A stretch of 64,000 bases of DNA, from the NCBI GenBank assembly GCA_001949185.1, contig BDGG01000001.1, positions 8,688,721 through 8,752,720 of the forward strand, written 5' to 3'. The translations under genes and the position numbers were made by a program. Positions 13,266 through 26,070 of this stretch are shown here, one piece after another. Within the stretch, counting starts at the first letter, position 1, and each line of letters begins with the position of its first letter. The stretch comes from Ramazzottius varieornatus (taxonomy: Eukaryota; Animalia; Tardigrada). The notes under the pieces were generated by a model. It was not told where the DNA came from, searched no databases, and saw only the letters and a list, made by a program, of their open reading frames with translations.

Positions 13266-14073
13266 GCTGTCAGTCTTCGGGAAATGTCAACCGGGAAACG
13301 TCAACCGGGACAAAAATATGCAAGTTCGTACAAACGAGAAGAGAGAAAAGAAGAGAAACTGTTTGAACAGGCGGTACCTCCAGTCGATGTGGCACATATT
13401 CGTCCAGCGCATAAGTTGCTCGGGGATGATGGTTGTCTTCGGCAGTGTCAACTTCCGGTTGGCCATGACGGCAACCAGCAGTGGTTCGCTGATCGGCTGA
13501 TGAACTCCGGTGGTCGATACCTTAGGCGCTGTAACAGATCGAAGCCAGCAGCACTTCGATACCCTATGCTCCTTTGTGGTTGCCCTTAGGAATTATCAGC
13601 ACAGAAGTCAGCTCCGATCCGCGCTGATCAAAGCAGCCAGAACGAAACACAGCGGGAAATAAGACTGATTCTGGAACTCCACAGCGTTGGATGGGAGATT
13701 TACCCAGCGAAATACCGAAAACAAGCGACGGCTTCCCAACATCAAGCTATAGCCCCATGGAAAGACGGCAATCAATCAATCGTAATTTTTTCAGGTCTAA
13801 AAAACCGTTTGGAATGTCATTCGAGCACCAGGCCTTCTGAGGAAAGCAGATAGGATTTACGCATCGATGACCAAACTGCTAGTTTTAGCCTCCCTTGGCA
13901 GGTCGTATGAGACAACTGCGTTATAGTTGGCATTAGGCTGGGTAAATCATCCGTCCATCACTGATCCAGACTGTTTTTGTTTTTTGTCAGAGTATTTTGC
14001 TTTCGTATTCTGTTGTTGCTCCGATCCGATCGTCCATGTTGTTCCTGTAGGACACGACCAATTTTATGGTCCA

Positions 14074-16004
14074 ATGTCGGAAGAAAGGCTCAACCCTGTC
14101 TACGTGACTGCGAAGTATGACTACGCCGCATGTAGTGAACAAGAGTTGTCTCTGCGGAAGAACGAGAGGCTACGCTTGATTGACGATTCCAAGCAGTGGT
14201 GGAAGGTATGTCTGCATTCTTCTGTTTCCTGCATAGCTCTGCTTCAGTGGTTCTGCTCCAGGTTGAGAATGAAAAATACCAGAGCGGATTCGTTCCATCG
14301 AACTACGTCAAGAAGGAGAAGCCTGGGCTGCTGGACAGCTTGAAGCGTCACGTCAAGCGGAAGGTGTCAGAGAGCAAAATCACCCACATCAGCGCTCCCA
14401 TCCCACAGGCTCAGAAACAGCTAGGTGCCTCTTCACATCCAGCCGGAATACCAAACAAACCTTTCACCGCCGTCGTCAAGTTTCCTTACGAACCCACGAG
14501 GGCAGATGAACTACATCTGGACCGAGGAGATTTCGTTCTGGTGAGATTTACTGTTTCACCAGAAACTCGCGTCTGACGTGCGACGATACCTTTGACTAAT
14601 TTAGCTTACAGCAGTTACGAGGTAGGAGTGATGACGTCATGCGCGAGATGGTCGAGGCGACGTTGCTGCGCGGTTTTTATGGCTTGATGTGTATGACTCA
14701 GTTGTTATTCATGTTTATTGTTTCTGTCTTACTCATAGGTTGTGGAGAAGGCTCAAGATGGATGGTGGAAAGGCCAGACAGAATCAACAACCGGCTGGTT
14801 TCCTTCCAACTACGTCCAGGAGGTTTCATATGACGCCCTGAAAACGGGGCAGAAGTCGCCGCTACTCGACCGAGTGTTCAACCGAAGCAGCAACGAGTCT
14901 GCTTCCAATCCGAGTGAACGAGTTGTTTTGGCGCTGTACACTTACACAGGCCAGAGTCCAGAAGAGTTATCATTCAACAAGGGAGAGAAGCTCCTCGTCT
15001 TCGACGATTTCACCAGCGATGCCAACTGGCTGCAGGCTCGAAGTGAAGCCACGGGACGAACAGGGCTGGCGCCCAGAAATTACCTGTATATCCGAAATAG
15101 CCCGCTGCACGAAATAACAGTCAAACACCAAGAGCCGATATCGTCTAAGAACAGTAAAGGAACTGTGGAACAGTTTCACGAAGAAAATGTCCCGGAAGAA
15201 ATGGATGAGATGATCAAGAATATCAGCTTGTTCCGTTTGAGTGCCGAAAGAAAGTCGGGAGAAATTCCTACCGAGTAAGAACTGCCAGCTCAATAGGCAA
15301 GCGGTAAACTTGAAAAGGTTGTTTTCTCAGGTGGCGGGTTTTTAGTGTGAGTAGTTTTCAATAGCGTGCGCCACTTGGCAAACTCGGCAAAGTGACGCAC
15401 GTTGACGTTGTTTACAGCTAAAAACATGCGCCACTTTGGAGGACGATCTGGACGAGTTCCAGAGTGGCGTACGGCGTCAGTGTTGTTGGCTGGAGGGGTG
15501 CCCTACTTGGAGAAACCGTCTTGTCGATCGTTTATCGTTCTCTCAAACATCCGTCTGTTCTCGGGACTGCTTCGTCTTGGTAATAACAGAGTTTTTATGT
15601 TCTGTAGGATGAACGGGACGACGACGATGACAGAAGAAAGCTTCATTGACAAGCAAGTGCTCAAGAGTAAGCCATGGTATTTCGGTGCCGTGTCGCGACA
15701 AGACTGTGATGTGATGTTGAGTGCCTACGGTAGTGACGGGGACTTCCTGGTACGGGACAGTGAGACGGGCAGCCGTCTAGACTATTCCGTATCGCTGAAA
15801 GCAGCGCCTCGGAATAAGCACTTCCGGGTGTATGTCAACCCCAGCGAACGATCGTTGACCATTGGTCAACGGAAGTTCTCCAGCCTTGAAGAAATGATTA
15901 GCCATTACGAAAGACACCCCATCTGTACAAACCCTGATGGGGTGAAGTTGACGTTACTTCGACCATTGAAAGTTAATTCGAACGTGAAAGATTCTGAACT
16001 CTAA
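14074..16004 (+). CDS. Nck: Nck/dock adaptor (SH3-SH3-SH3-SH2), 4 coding exons
   Basis: AKYDY...WWKV|[16 protein letters not shown]; VKFPYEP...DGWWKG...GWFPSNYV; ALYTY...GLAPRNY; SH2 WYFG...GDFLVRDSE...RNKHFRV. Confidence 0.93.
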
Positions 16005-16361
16005 AGCTTTTTTTCCATCTTTCTTGGAGTTTTCGACTGCGGTTTTCCACCATGATTCGATTTTCTGATTTTGATATTTTTATTTATTATATATTTTAGC
16101 TTGTGTTTTTCATCCCATATCTGAGTTGAGAAATCCTTCCCTGTTTGTACGAAACACTCCAAGACAGAATTGTGCGGTGAAGTAGAAAATAAGAATTGCT
16201 TTATATTTTTGATTGAGACCAGCTCATCGATAAGAGTTTAAAGTGAAGGCAACAGCCAAGAACAACTTTGCTCGGTCAACCGAGTTAATGAGAAATTCAA
16301 GCCAGAAGACGACGCCAGAAAGGTAGTTTTCTATAAAAAGCAACTCGGTCAGTTTCACAGT

Positions 16362-19300
16362 TTATTTGCTCGATGAAAATATCGACTGGACAGGTTTGAT
16401 CTCCCTGGCCACCTGTAACACCGCTTCCGACCCGTAGCCGCTCAACTTGCGGTTGCTCCTTCTCAGTCTCAGACAGACAAAGAAGGTAACCAACACCGAA
16501 AGAACCAGGATGGCCGAAAGGAGCGTCACGGCTACTGTAAAACTGGAGACGGCGATACAGATGGAAGAAGGCTTGGCCAGCGACACTTCCTGCGGTCCGG
16601 CGTTGATGTTGTCGGACTGGATGTCGTGCGCGGCGATGACTTTAAACTTGCCATCGAGGTTAATTTGCCCATCATCTTGGATTATTTTGGCTGTTCGGCC
16701 TGATTTGTGGCTGGCGTTGCGCACTGCTGCCTGCCTCGCACCACTTGTTACATCCGTCTGTGAGGAAGACGTTAAAGAGACCGTTACTGTCCAGCTGGGC
16801 TGAACCGTACTGCTTGCCATATCACCGGTTTTGTCCGTACTGCCTGCTGTCTCAGACACACTAGTGATCGACATGCTAGCCATACTTCCGGACACACCAC
16901 TGCTCGCCACCGCACTATCGTTGGCGTTTCGTTTCCGTCGATATGGATCGAGTCCGCTGTCACTGCTTCCTCCGCTGGTGGTTTTCTTGGGTGGTGGATT
17001 CTTCGGTCGCGAACCGTAGCTTTCATCAGCAAAGTCTTCCAAGCCGTTGTTGCCGTTGCCAGGTAAGAGGGTCGTTCGGACGTTGGAGCTGGGACTTCCG
17101 TCGTATGGTCCGCTGGACTGCGAAGGGCCGGACGGAGGAAGCGCTGCACCGAGGGCGTTGCTAGTGTCATAGGCGGTCATGTAGGGACCGTTAGGTGGAT
17201 TTGGCGCAGAAACAGGCAGGTCGGGAACGTAAGGACCAGGCCCGAAGTTCGACAGGTCGACGCCGCGGGAAGGCACCGAGTTCGAGTAGGCTCCTTTATC
17301 GTATCCGCCTCCGCCTCCACCTCCTACGGGAATTCGCGTTAGGAAAAACTCTTATGCTGCACAAACTCTTTACCCGCTTTTCTTGCAGAGACTTTAAGTG
17401 CGCACGATTACAAGAAATGAGATTAGAGGCCTAAGCAAAGAAATTCGACAAAAGTGATTTTTTGAGTGGCGCATGCTGCTGGTCAGCTACAATGGAAACA
17501 AGCGCCACTTGGAAAAACATCCTTGTCCAGCTTCCCCATATTCCATCTCAAAGACCACAAGTCCGGTTTTGAAACCAGAGCTTCTCTACTAACTTGAATT
17601 TTCATATCGTTACCTGAAGCGCCGCCACCATAAGCACCGCCAGGTGCGGTGTATCCGGGTTCCTGGTAGCTATCACCACCGGCGTAGTTCACTCCTCCAC
17701 CGCCACCACTACCGTAGTCTCCCGATGGACATCCGCCCTGACACTTGCCCAGACAGACTTGGATGTTACACTTGATGCCCACTTCATACCGGTCAGGGAA
17801 CTTGAAGGCCTGGAAGTAGGCGTACGCTACGGCCGTCGCTTGCGGTCCATAGTCCTTCACTTTCCTGAAGGGACTCATGATCTTGTCCCGCACAACACAC
17901 CCGTAATAATCCGTCAGCTGAACCCTGGCACCGTATCCGTCCGTCGCGAAACAGTCCTTCACCTGTCAAACCAACAAAACAGTGAAAACAAATCAAGATG
18001 GGCGTTCAGATAGAAATCACGGTAGTTTATCAAGAGCCCTACTGCCCAACTACCTCAGTATCTATCTGAGCGGACCATAGTTTTATTGCTTTAGTTTTTC
18101 CTACCTGCAAGTCGAATTTGCCCTCGTAGTCCTTGATTCCAATGACGAGAGTCAATGGGTCGCCCACTTTAACAATGCCATACACCTCTTCGGCGAGAGG
18201 TCCTTTGCCCTTTTGGACCTGAATCCACGACTCAATGTTATCGCCATTGAAGCGATACAACACCGGGTCCAAGTTTCCCACGCTGAAGGGTCTGACTGCC
18301 ACCGACTTGTCATAGTATGCATTCCATTCACACCTGACCGTCTTGGCCAGATCCCATACTTCCTGAATGTACTCGTCGAACTGGATGATGAGGGTGTTCT
18401 CAAAGTACGAGTCTTTGTAGTCGTAGGCGTGGTCTTCGCCCGAAGTCCCGCAGTAGTCGACGGGGACGGTGAAGTCGAAGATCTTCCCGTAAGACTTGGC
18501 AGGGACGTAGCGACAGTCCGGTGAGTTGAAGAAGCCTTTAGAGAAGATGATACCGTTGAAGGGCTTATTGAACTCCACGTGCACGTGCATGCCTTTCTTG
18601 TCGCATTTCACGTCGAAATAGGTGATCAAAGGCATGTAAGCAACTTTGTAGGAATCGCCTTGCCCATCGTACTGACGACCTGAACAGAAAAGAATTTACA
18701 GAAATAAACCGCATGATCATTTGGTTTTGCTAAGTGACGCACGTCTCTGGTGTTATTTGCTTAGAGTGCGCGCCGCTTGAGAAAATGATCTTCTCGCGTA
18801 TGTCGGTCTTGCCAAGTGGCGCACAGTGTCGATGTTAGTAACCGGTAACGTGCGCCACTTGAGAAGACAATCTCCTCGAGCTTCCAGGTTAACCAACTCT
18901 TAAAAAATTTTCACAAACACGAAGTAATTGGAAATAAGTTTCTGATACGTTTTCTACTGATTTTCAATACAAACATTCACCTTCGGCATAGTTGCCGCGG
19001 GACGAAGAGTAGCCACGACGCTCACTAGCTGCGCCGGTCAAGTCAGAAGAGTTAGTGTAGTCGATGGCGTTGTCAAAGTCCACCAGATCGGACGAGTTCC
19101 ACATGCCCACTTGTCTGTACATGGCCGCCGAAGGTTCGGAGACGAAGGTGATGTTCTTGTGGAGGGCTTTGCTCATGTCGCCCATGGTGGGAAGAGGGTC
19201 CGAATGGACGAGGGCGCCACTGCTTCCCCCACATACACACTACGAGCAGCGAAACCGACAAATTACTTTCCGATACATGCATTCGCTAGTTTGTTACCAA

Positions 19301-19710
19301 CAAAGTTCTGTTAAAAATGGTTCGCCGGTACCGTCAATGGAAACATATCTCATCTAATATTAGCATAGCTAACGCCTAAGGGAGTATTTCGTTCAGAAAC
19401 TTTGCGGTCGGAGGAAAGCTGAGTTTCCATTCTTCTTCGGATTTTTCTCCATGAAACATAGTATTAAGCTGTTAGACCGAAAATTTCAATAACACTTTAT
19501 GGAGTTCTGTTTTCACAAATACGTAATTGAGAGCTCGGTGAACTGCTTTGACAAGATCTGTTCCCAAGTGGCGCACGCTTCTAGCCAGTTACACCGAAAG
19601 AATGCGCCAGTTGGTTGCGAAGCTCCTGTTTGGAGGGCGCTGCACGCAGAAGAGCATACCAAAAGAAATATTCCGAGCAGTATGGAAGGATGGTAATTCC
19701 ACATGGTCAT
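16362..19710 (-). CDS. ZP-domain (cuticlin/dusky-like) transmembrane cuticle protein, multi-exon
   Basis: Signal peptide split across exons (MWNYHPSILLGIFLL|CVCGG). ZP domain VKCDKKGMHVHVEFNKPFNGIIFSKG...FENTLIIQ...CFATDG...FQAFKFPD...CNIQVC. Followed by a Gly/Tyr-rich linker, furin site RRKR and a C-terminal TM helix. Confidence 0.88.
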
Positions 19711-20861
19711 CCAGGATAAAACACGATGAGAAAGGCCTCCATATGCATATGAGGGGAAGGCTGCGAACCTAGGCGGCATGCGTCTGAGTGGGGCCGCGGA
19801 ATGACCCGACACTGGCAAGACAATGTGTGAACAACCTGCTGCAACTGACCACGGAAATGACAAGTAAGATGTCTTGAAGAGTTCCGTTGGGCGTAACGAC
19901 AGCAAAGACTCAACTGGCTAGAAGCGCCAATGTCTATATCCTTCCCTTGAACGAGAAGAGCTGCTAAAGCGGCAGACCAGTTAATTAGCCAGCGTATCCA
20001 CCTGCTGCCTAATTGCTTGCTAGTCAGGCCGTGACCGCGCTCTCCATCCACCTTCTCCATTCAGGATGTGAGATCATACCGGCAACGCCTCCTCATCAAC
20101 GCAAAACACTATCAACTTTGAAATCCACCTCAACTTGACTCATCAGAAAAAACAACAGGCCATTCTTTGCGAACTAACTAGATTTAGTACGAGCATGCGT
20201 ATTTGTAGCTCGTATAGGGAATCTGGCAAACAAAACATACAGGATCATTTTTCCAAGTGGCGCGCACTTCCAGCCAATAACAATGACAATGTGCGCTACT
20301 TGAGATAACAATTTTGTATGTCTCATTTGTCGGCCTCTCCAGCACCATCTAATTCTCTTCTTGTCAGTCTACTGACACACCTCGAAGTTTGTTTCAGTGA
20401 AATGGATCTGTATCAGTCCACAAGCAAAGCGGGTTTCTGTGTCGAAAGTTTCTCGATAAAGACTTACCTGTTGCGTGCGCTTCCGTCACTTTTTGCTTTG
20501 ATCAAGATTCTCCAAGGTTTCGAGTCCCGCCTCTTTTATCCATGTCACTGCAGTCATATCTAAGACACTAAAAGCAACGGTGAAATGATCTTATTAACAC
20601 CTTAAAAATCTCCACGCTAAATTCAGAAGACGTTAACTACTTTCTTTACAGCCAGCGATGCGATCCAAAAAAGAAATCCAAGAACATTATGCTGAAAAGC
20701 AGAATTTTAAAAAAATGGATTGTTTCTAAAACTTCATCCAGATTGCTGGCTGGCAGAATAGAGTCCGTAAAGTAAAGCCAAGAAACGACGACAAAAAATT
20801 GGCTGTTGTTGCAAATAAGTTTACTCGGAACCATAAAGCGCGTTTTTCTCGGGTGAGGTGT

Positions 20862-22294
20862 TTATGCGGTGACTGCTTCCTCATCCGAGCTGTCGTCGTC
20901 ATCCATTCCCAACCTACAGCGACAAAGATGCTACAGTCAAAAACCCAAGTAGTCACTGCCTGCCCATATAAAAAGAGGCCGAAGATACTTACCATCCTTT
21001 CATCCGTTTCGGGTCTCTGTCCAGCGGGTCGACATGTTGGCGCTTCTTGGAGACACTGATACTGGGCTCGGCTGCTCTCAGTGCTACCGCTGCCGAGGTG
21101 GTCGGTTGTTCATCCTGGGACTTGGTGATGACAGTTTCGGTCTGGACTGTTTCAGTGACAGTTTCCGTGCCGTTCGTCGATGTAACTTCCGTCTTCTTCG
21201 ATGATATGACGGTAAGCCCTATAGCAAGAAGAATAGATGTGTTGATTTGTCGTACCTCACGAACATTCCTTATTTTCGGGTTCGAGTTCAACGATCAGTA
21301 CTAACCTTCTTCGACGGCACTGAAGACTTTGTCAGGAATGCGAGAACGCTCAGCTTCGTATTCGGCATCGTTGAAGCTATGCTTCGGCTTGCATTCCAGC
21401 TGCGACTTCAACTTTTTGATCTTCTCTTCCTTCTGTAGCTTCTTCTGCTTTTCTTTGTCTGCCTGCCTGCCCGCAAGCTCCTGTATCCTGAAAACATAGG
21501 TCGATGTTTCTATTATATCAATTTTTCCAAAATATAGGAGACTTTGCAGATACAAGGCAAAATGACAAACAGACTCGACCAGCTCGTTTGTCAAAGTGGC
21601 GCACGCTCTCAACCGATTACACTGAAAGCGTGCGCCACTTGGCAGAACAGACACCTCAAAACCAACATGAATGGATGCATTACAAAGGTAAACTTACTTC
21701 TGTTCAGCTTTGACATTTCTAATGCGTCTTCCACTTAAATCTCGGCAAGCATCCTGATTTCGGTTCTTGCTGATCTGAGATCCGAAGGAACGCAGGAGAG
21801 ATCCGAAGCCTGGAAAACATGTCGTTAATGACCCGTCATGTAACTTGATAGAAAAGACGGAAAAGCAAGTCCGAGTATTTTCCAGAGAACATACCTCCTT
21901 TGCCACCGCGTAGACGGCACTGAAGAGTATATTCGTTACCCGTCGTCAGGGCGCAGGTCTCGTCCAGGAGAACTCTTCCTCCGCTCAAGACGTAGAACAG
22001 ATCCAACACGTCCGAACTCACTTCCTGTTGCCAACAAACGAAAGGATCTCATTAGCTACCATAAATGCGGTACAAGAACAGAAATCTTACTTGATCATCC
22101 GAGCCACGCAGACATCTTCCCTTCAGTCCGCCGACTGTTGGCTCCCAGTTAACAGAGTCAAGGAGGAGGCAGCGTGTGTTGGCAAGGTTGGCTGGAGTGG
22201 TCGCGGGAATGCCTCGTACAAAAACACAACCTTCCCATTCTCCCTCCCTCACGTTCGTCCCCGCGCCACCTGGATCGAGCAAAGATCCATCCAT
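20862..22294 (-). CDS. SDE2: SDE2 (ubiquitin-like splicing/replication-stress factor), short form
   Basis: Spliced RLRGGKG|[33 protein letters not shown], the SDE2 cleavage motif. Last exon [17 protein letters not shown]. Confidence 0.88.
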
Positions 22295-22773
22295 CCTTGA
22301 GTATGTGTACAGAGCTAACAATGGAGCTTCGACGATCTTAGAAAGATCAGAATGTCTAGAAGAAGTCAAGAAGTCTGAAGAAAAGTTATAAAGCGAAAAC
22401 AATAAAATTTCAAAAACAGTTTCCGAAATTCCGTCCCACGGCGTTTGGGAGTTTGCGAATATTCTGCAAAACCCACGTTTCGTCATGCCTTGATCAATCG
22501 ATCAATTCCCACTGCTCCCGCTGGTTATTCAAAAAGGGAAGACCGGATGTTGATTCGCAATTTCACTCCAGCCAACGTGGTTTCTGACAGAGATCTTGTC
22601 TCAGTTGTCTGAAATTTTTTCTTCTTTCATTTTTTCTTCAGGATTGCAGATCCGTTCCTGAAGCTGCGTTCCGATCGCGCGAGACCTCCTTAGGACGACG
22701 TGGGTAATTGCTCGACGCAGCGGTCTCTCTTTGTGCAAAAGAATTCGGCGAGCAGTCGTTGATCTCCTTGGAA
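22295..22773. promoter_or_regulatory. Probable bidirectional promoter SDE2/MRPL39
   Basis: Divergent start codons about 480 bp apart. Confidence 0.5.
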
Positions 22774-24096
22774 ATGATGCTCTCGCGGTACCGGAAGCTC
22801 GAACTGATCTGTAGAAAATTTTCCAAAAACCATGTTAGATTCTTGTCACAACCTAATCTGGCAGTCTCGGCAGACAACGCCTCGTCGACGCTGGGTCATG
22901 AGACAAGCTCGGATTCATCTACAAAAGCAGCTATCACCAACGACACCATCCGAGCCCGCAGAAACGCTCTCTTCAGCGCCGAGAAGACCAGGCAGATCGA
23001 GTCTGTTCGTCGCATAGAAAAGATTGAAGTGGTGTATCGCGGTCAGAATGAGGCAGAGTCCTGCACTTTGATGATGAACAAGCACCTGTCGACGCCGTAC
23101 GACTGTACCCTCCACATTAAGCAGATGATTGCCAGAAGGAGTGCACTGGCTGTTGTCGACGGCAAGCCATGGGACATGCACCGGCCACTGAACGCCAGCT
23201 GCGACATTCAGTTTCTCCATTTCCTTGAAGAGAACCCGTATGAAGCCAACATGGCCTTCTGGAGGACAGGATCGCTGTTGTTGTCGTATGTCGCAGATCG
23301 AGCTTTTCGCGACGACTTTTTCGTTCAGGTAAAACAGCCACAAATTTGCTCGCTTGCTTTAGTGCAAGTGGCACATGACATCACCAGCTTTGATGGTTTT
23401 TCCTGTCAAATTTGCGTTGGCCATGGAGGGCTCATGACGTTGTGCGTGCACTGATGCGGACCTGATGTGTTGTGACGTTACTGGGCACGGCCTTGTTGGG
23501 TTATCTGGCACGGCCTTGAGTCGGGTTCTCTGGCTCTTTGTTTGGAGCATTCGTTGATTTCCTGGGATGTTGTTTTGCAGGTTCACAGTTGGCCATACCA
23601 AGAACTTCAACCGGGCAGTTTCCTCTGTGACGTTGGTATCAACTTACCCGAATGGACACCACGAGAAGAAGAGCTGCGCGCCATGACGCTGATCATGACC
23701 AGACTCATCGCCAAGAAGCTGCCCATCGAAAGATTAGAAGTCAGTGCTGACCTGGCCTTGAAGATGTTTGAAGACAATCAGTTCAAGAAGGCGCAGATAC
23801 CCTCGATAGCTGAAAAGTCAGCCAGCAAAGAGCGCGTTACACTGTACCGAGTGGATGACCATGTGGAAATCAGTAACGGACCAATGATCGCCAACACCGG
23901 CCTCTTTGGACGCCACCAGTTGACCGCTGTCCACCCTGTCAACTATCACGGTGTGGGTCAGTTGTATCGTTTTCAGGGTGTAGCTCTTCCTGCGCAACAG
24001 CCTTTGAACTATTTTGCCTGGAACATCCTACAGAATCGAGGTCGACAGTTTAATTCTTCCTCTTTATCCATTGTGACCGACAGGAAGACACCGTAG
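22774..24096 (+). CDS. MRPL39: Mitochondrial ribosomal protein mL39, 2 exons (intron 23329-23580)
   Basis: RIEKIEV...MNKHLSTPYDC...PWDMHRPL...NMAFWRTGS; MFEDNQFKKAQIP...LYRVDDHVEISNGPMI...YRFQGVALP. Confidence 0.92.
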
Positions 24097-24519
24097 TTAT
24101 CGTGACGTACACTATCTTACTTCAAAAATACTAGGCGATAAAAGAGATCATGAAGCAAAGACTGCGGCGAATGAAATGCAGTCTTTTTTGCAGGTGGCCT
24201 CAATTAAAGTCCAAAGTGAAGTCAGTGCATCCTAACGGAATTCAGGGAATGGTCAGGAGTGGAAGAGCAAAGATGGCGTCTGACGCGTGGTGGTCCAGTA
24301 GAGAGGGGTAGAGTATAGTTTGGCTGGTCATGGGACCAGCTTGCCGTGGAGCTTGCCTGTTAACGGCCAGGGCGAATGCGCCTGGGTGTGGTGGTAGTTG
24401 GCCTTGTGGCTTTGGTCGCAGCCGGGCGACCCTCGTCCGCCTTGGTCGCGTAGTAAGGAACTAAAAGATATCTGGGATCTGCTCTGACCGGCCTCTTATT
24501 GACACTGGTCAAGTCGCAG

Positions 24520-25025
24520 CTACCGTCGGCCTTGACTTTCCCTCCGAATGCCAGCTGGCACTTGTCGCTTAGTCCATGCTTCAGCAGGCCACGATTGATA
24601 CTGATATCCCCCATAGTCGTCCGTTTCGGCAGGGCCCGAGGCAACGTTGCCCACGTTACAATTGTCAGTGAAACAGGGGCAGGCAAGGCTGATGTTGCGG
24701 GAAATATCTTGCTCGGGTATGTAGCTGAAGCAGCGTGGATCCTCCTTGAAACTGGCCAGTTTGCCTGGGGGAACTTGCATGCAACTGCGAATGGAATTCA
24801 TCGAATGACGCCACAGATGTGCTAAATCGGGGTGGACGGCTACTGCATAGCAAGCGTTGTACTCCTTAGGGCATTGGAGGCTAAATGGTCGTAGCTGGCT
24901 GGTGTCCTTGAAGTCGTTACAGCGCAGGTCCCAGTCTTTCTGTCCCCGACCCTGCCGCATTCTCTCCTGCAAGAGCGGGTCGATCAGGGTGAAATGAGCC
25001 CAGCAGACAAAGCAGCTGATAGCTG
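24520..25025 (-). CDS. Cys-rich Ly6/uPAR (three-finger, quiver-like) domain exon; signal exon and C-terminus unresolved
   Basis: ISCFVC...RC...QC...NACY...RSC...C...CPCFTDNCN cysteine pattern ending in the CxxxNCN motif. Confidence 0.6.
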
Positions 25026-26070
25026 CAAAGACGTGGACGTCACTTTGAGGTGAGGACTGCCAGATTGCCCGTCAGGTTGCTGCTCTGGAGGCCGCCAACT
25101 TCTTCCGCAAGAAAGCTGGCAGGGCCAGGGTGGGTCGACACCCCACTTTGCCCGCCTCAGGTCACGGTGTGGAGGCGGCTGGAGCCAAGTACCGTAGCAC
25201 TAGCAGTGTAAGGCCCACTGGACCACCTGATGGGTCGTGGCTGCCCTGATGTAAGTTAGTCAATCGTCCTAGGCAGTGTTAGGTCTGTAATGCCCAGCCG
25301 GCCATCATTCACTGTTGAGGCAAAATCAAATCAGCGCTAGTTGATGTTTGACTTTGCTTGAGGTCTTTGAGTGCACCTTACTGCTAGCACTAGAGTATGG
25401 CCGGCTAGCCCGACACCTCTGGCGACCGGGCCGATCTACCCCTCACAGCCGGCAGCTGGCCGTCAAGGAGCCCAAGGCAGAGAAGGCCGACACCGCCTGC
25501 CCAATGTCCCTGTGTCATCCTGGTTAATGTATAGATCAAGAAGGAAGTATAGCAGCGTCGCAATAGCACAGCACGGTAACTCGTAGTACCGTTATTGGGC
25601 ACTTGATAGAGACTCGATGAGCGTCCTGCATTTCTCCAGGTACTCGTACCACAGCACATGTACCGTACAGCGCTGCCCACTTCGACTCCAGTATAGCTTC
25701 TCTCTTCACAGTCCACCAACAGTCGACGGCCTCCAGAAATCTTTCTCCTTCTCATCTAGCGCCTATTTTCTACACTTGTCAAATCTTTTCACTGGCTCAG
25801 TCCAACATATCGACTGTTTCTGCCTAAGAGCCTCATCCCGTTTCCCGATGATTTACAATACCTTGCACGATTCTAAAGCTGAAAAGAGCAATCGCATAAT
25901 GTTCAACTACTGTCGAAGCGTCCACAAAAGACGACGTGACTTATTCAGCCTCAGTACAGCAGTTCCAAACCGAGACAATATCGCCTCAAAAACGAAGAAA
26001 CAATCAAGATATACAAACAAGATATTGTGGAAAAGAAGTTAGGGTGATAACAGCCACCAGCCTACAAAGC

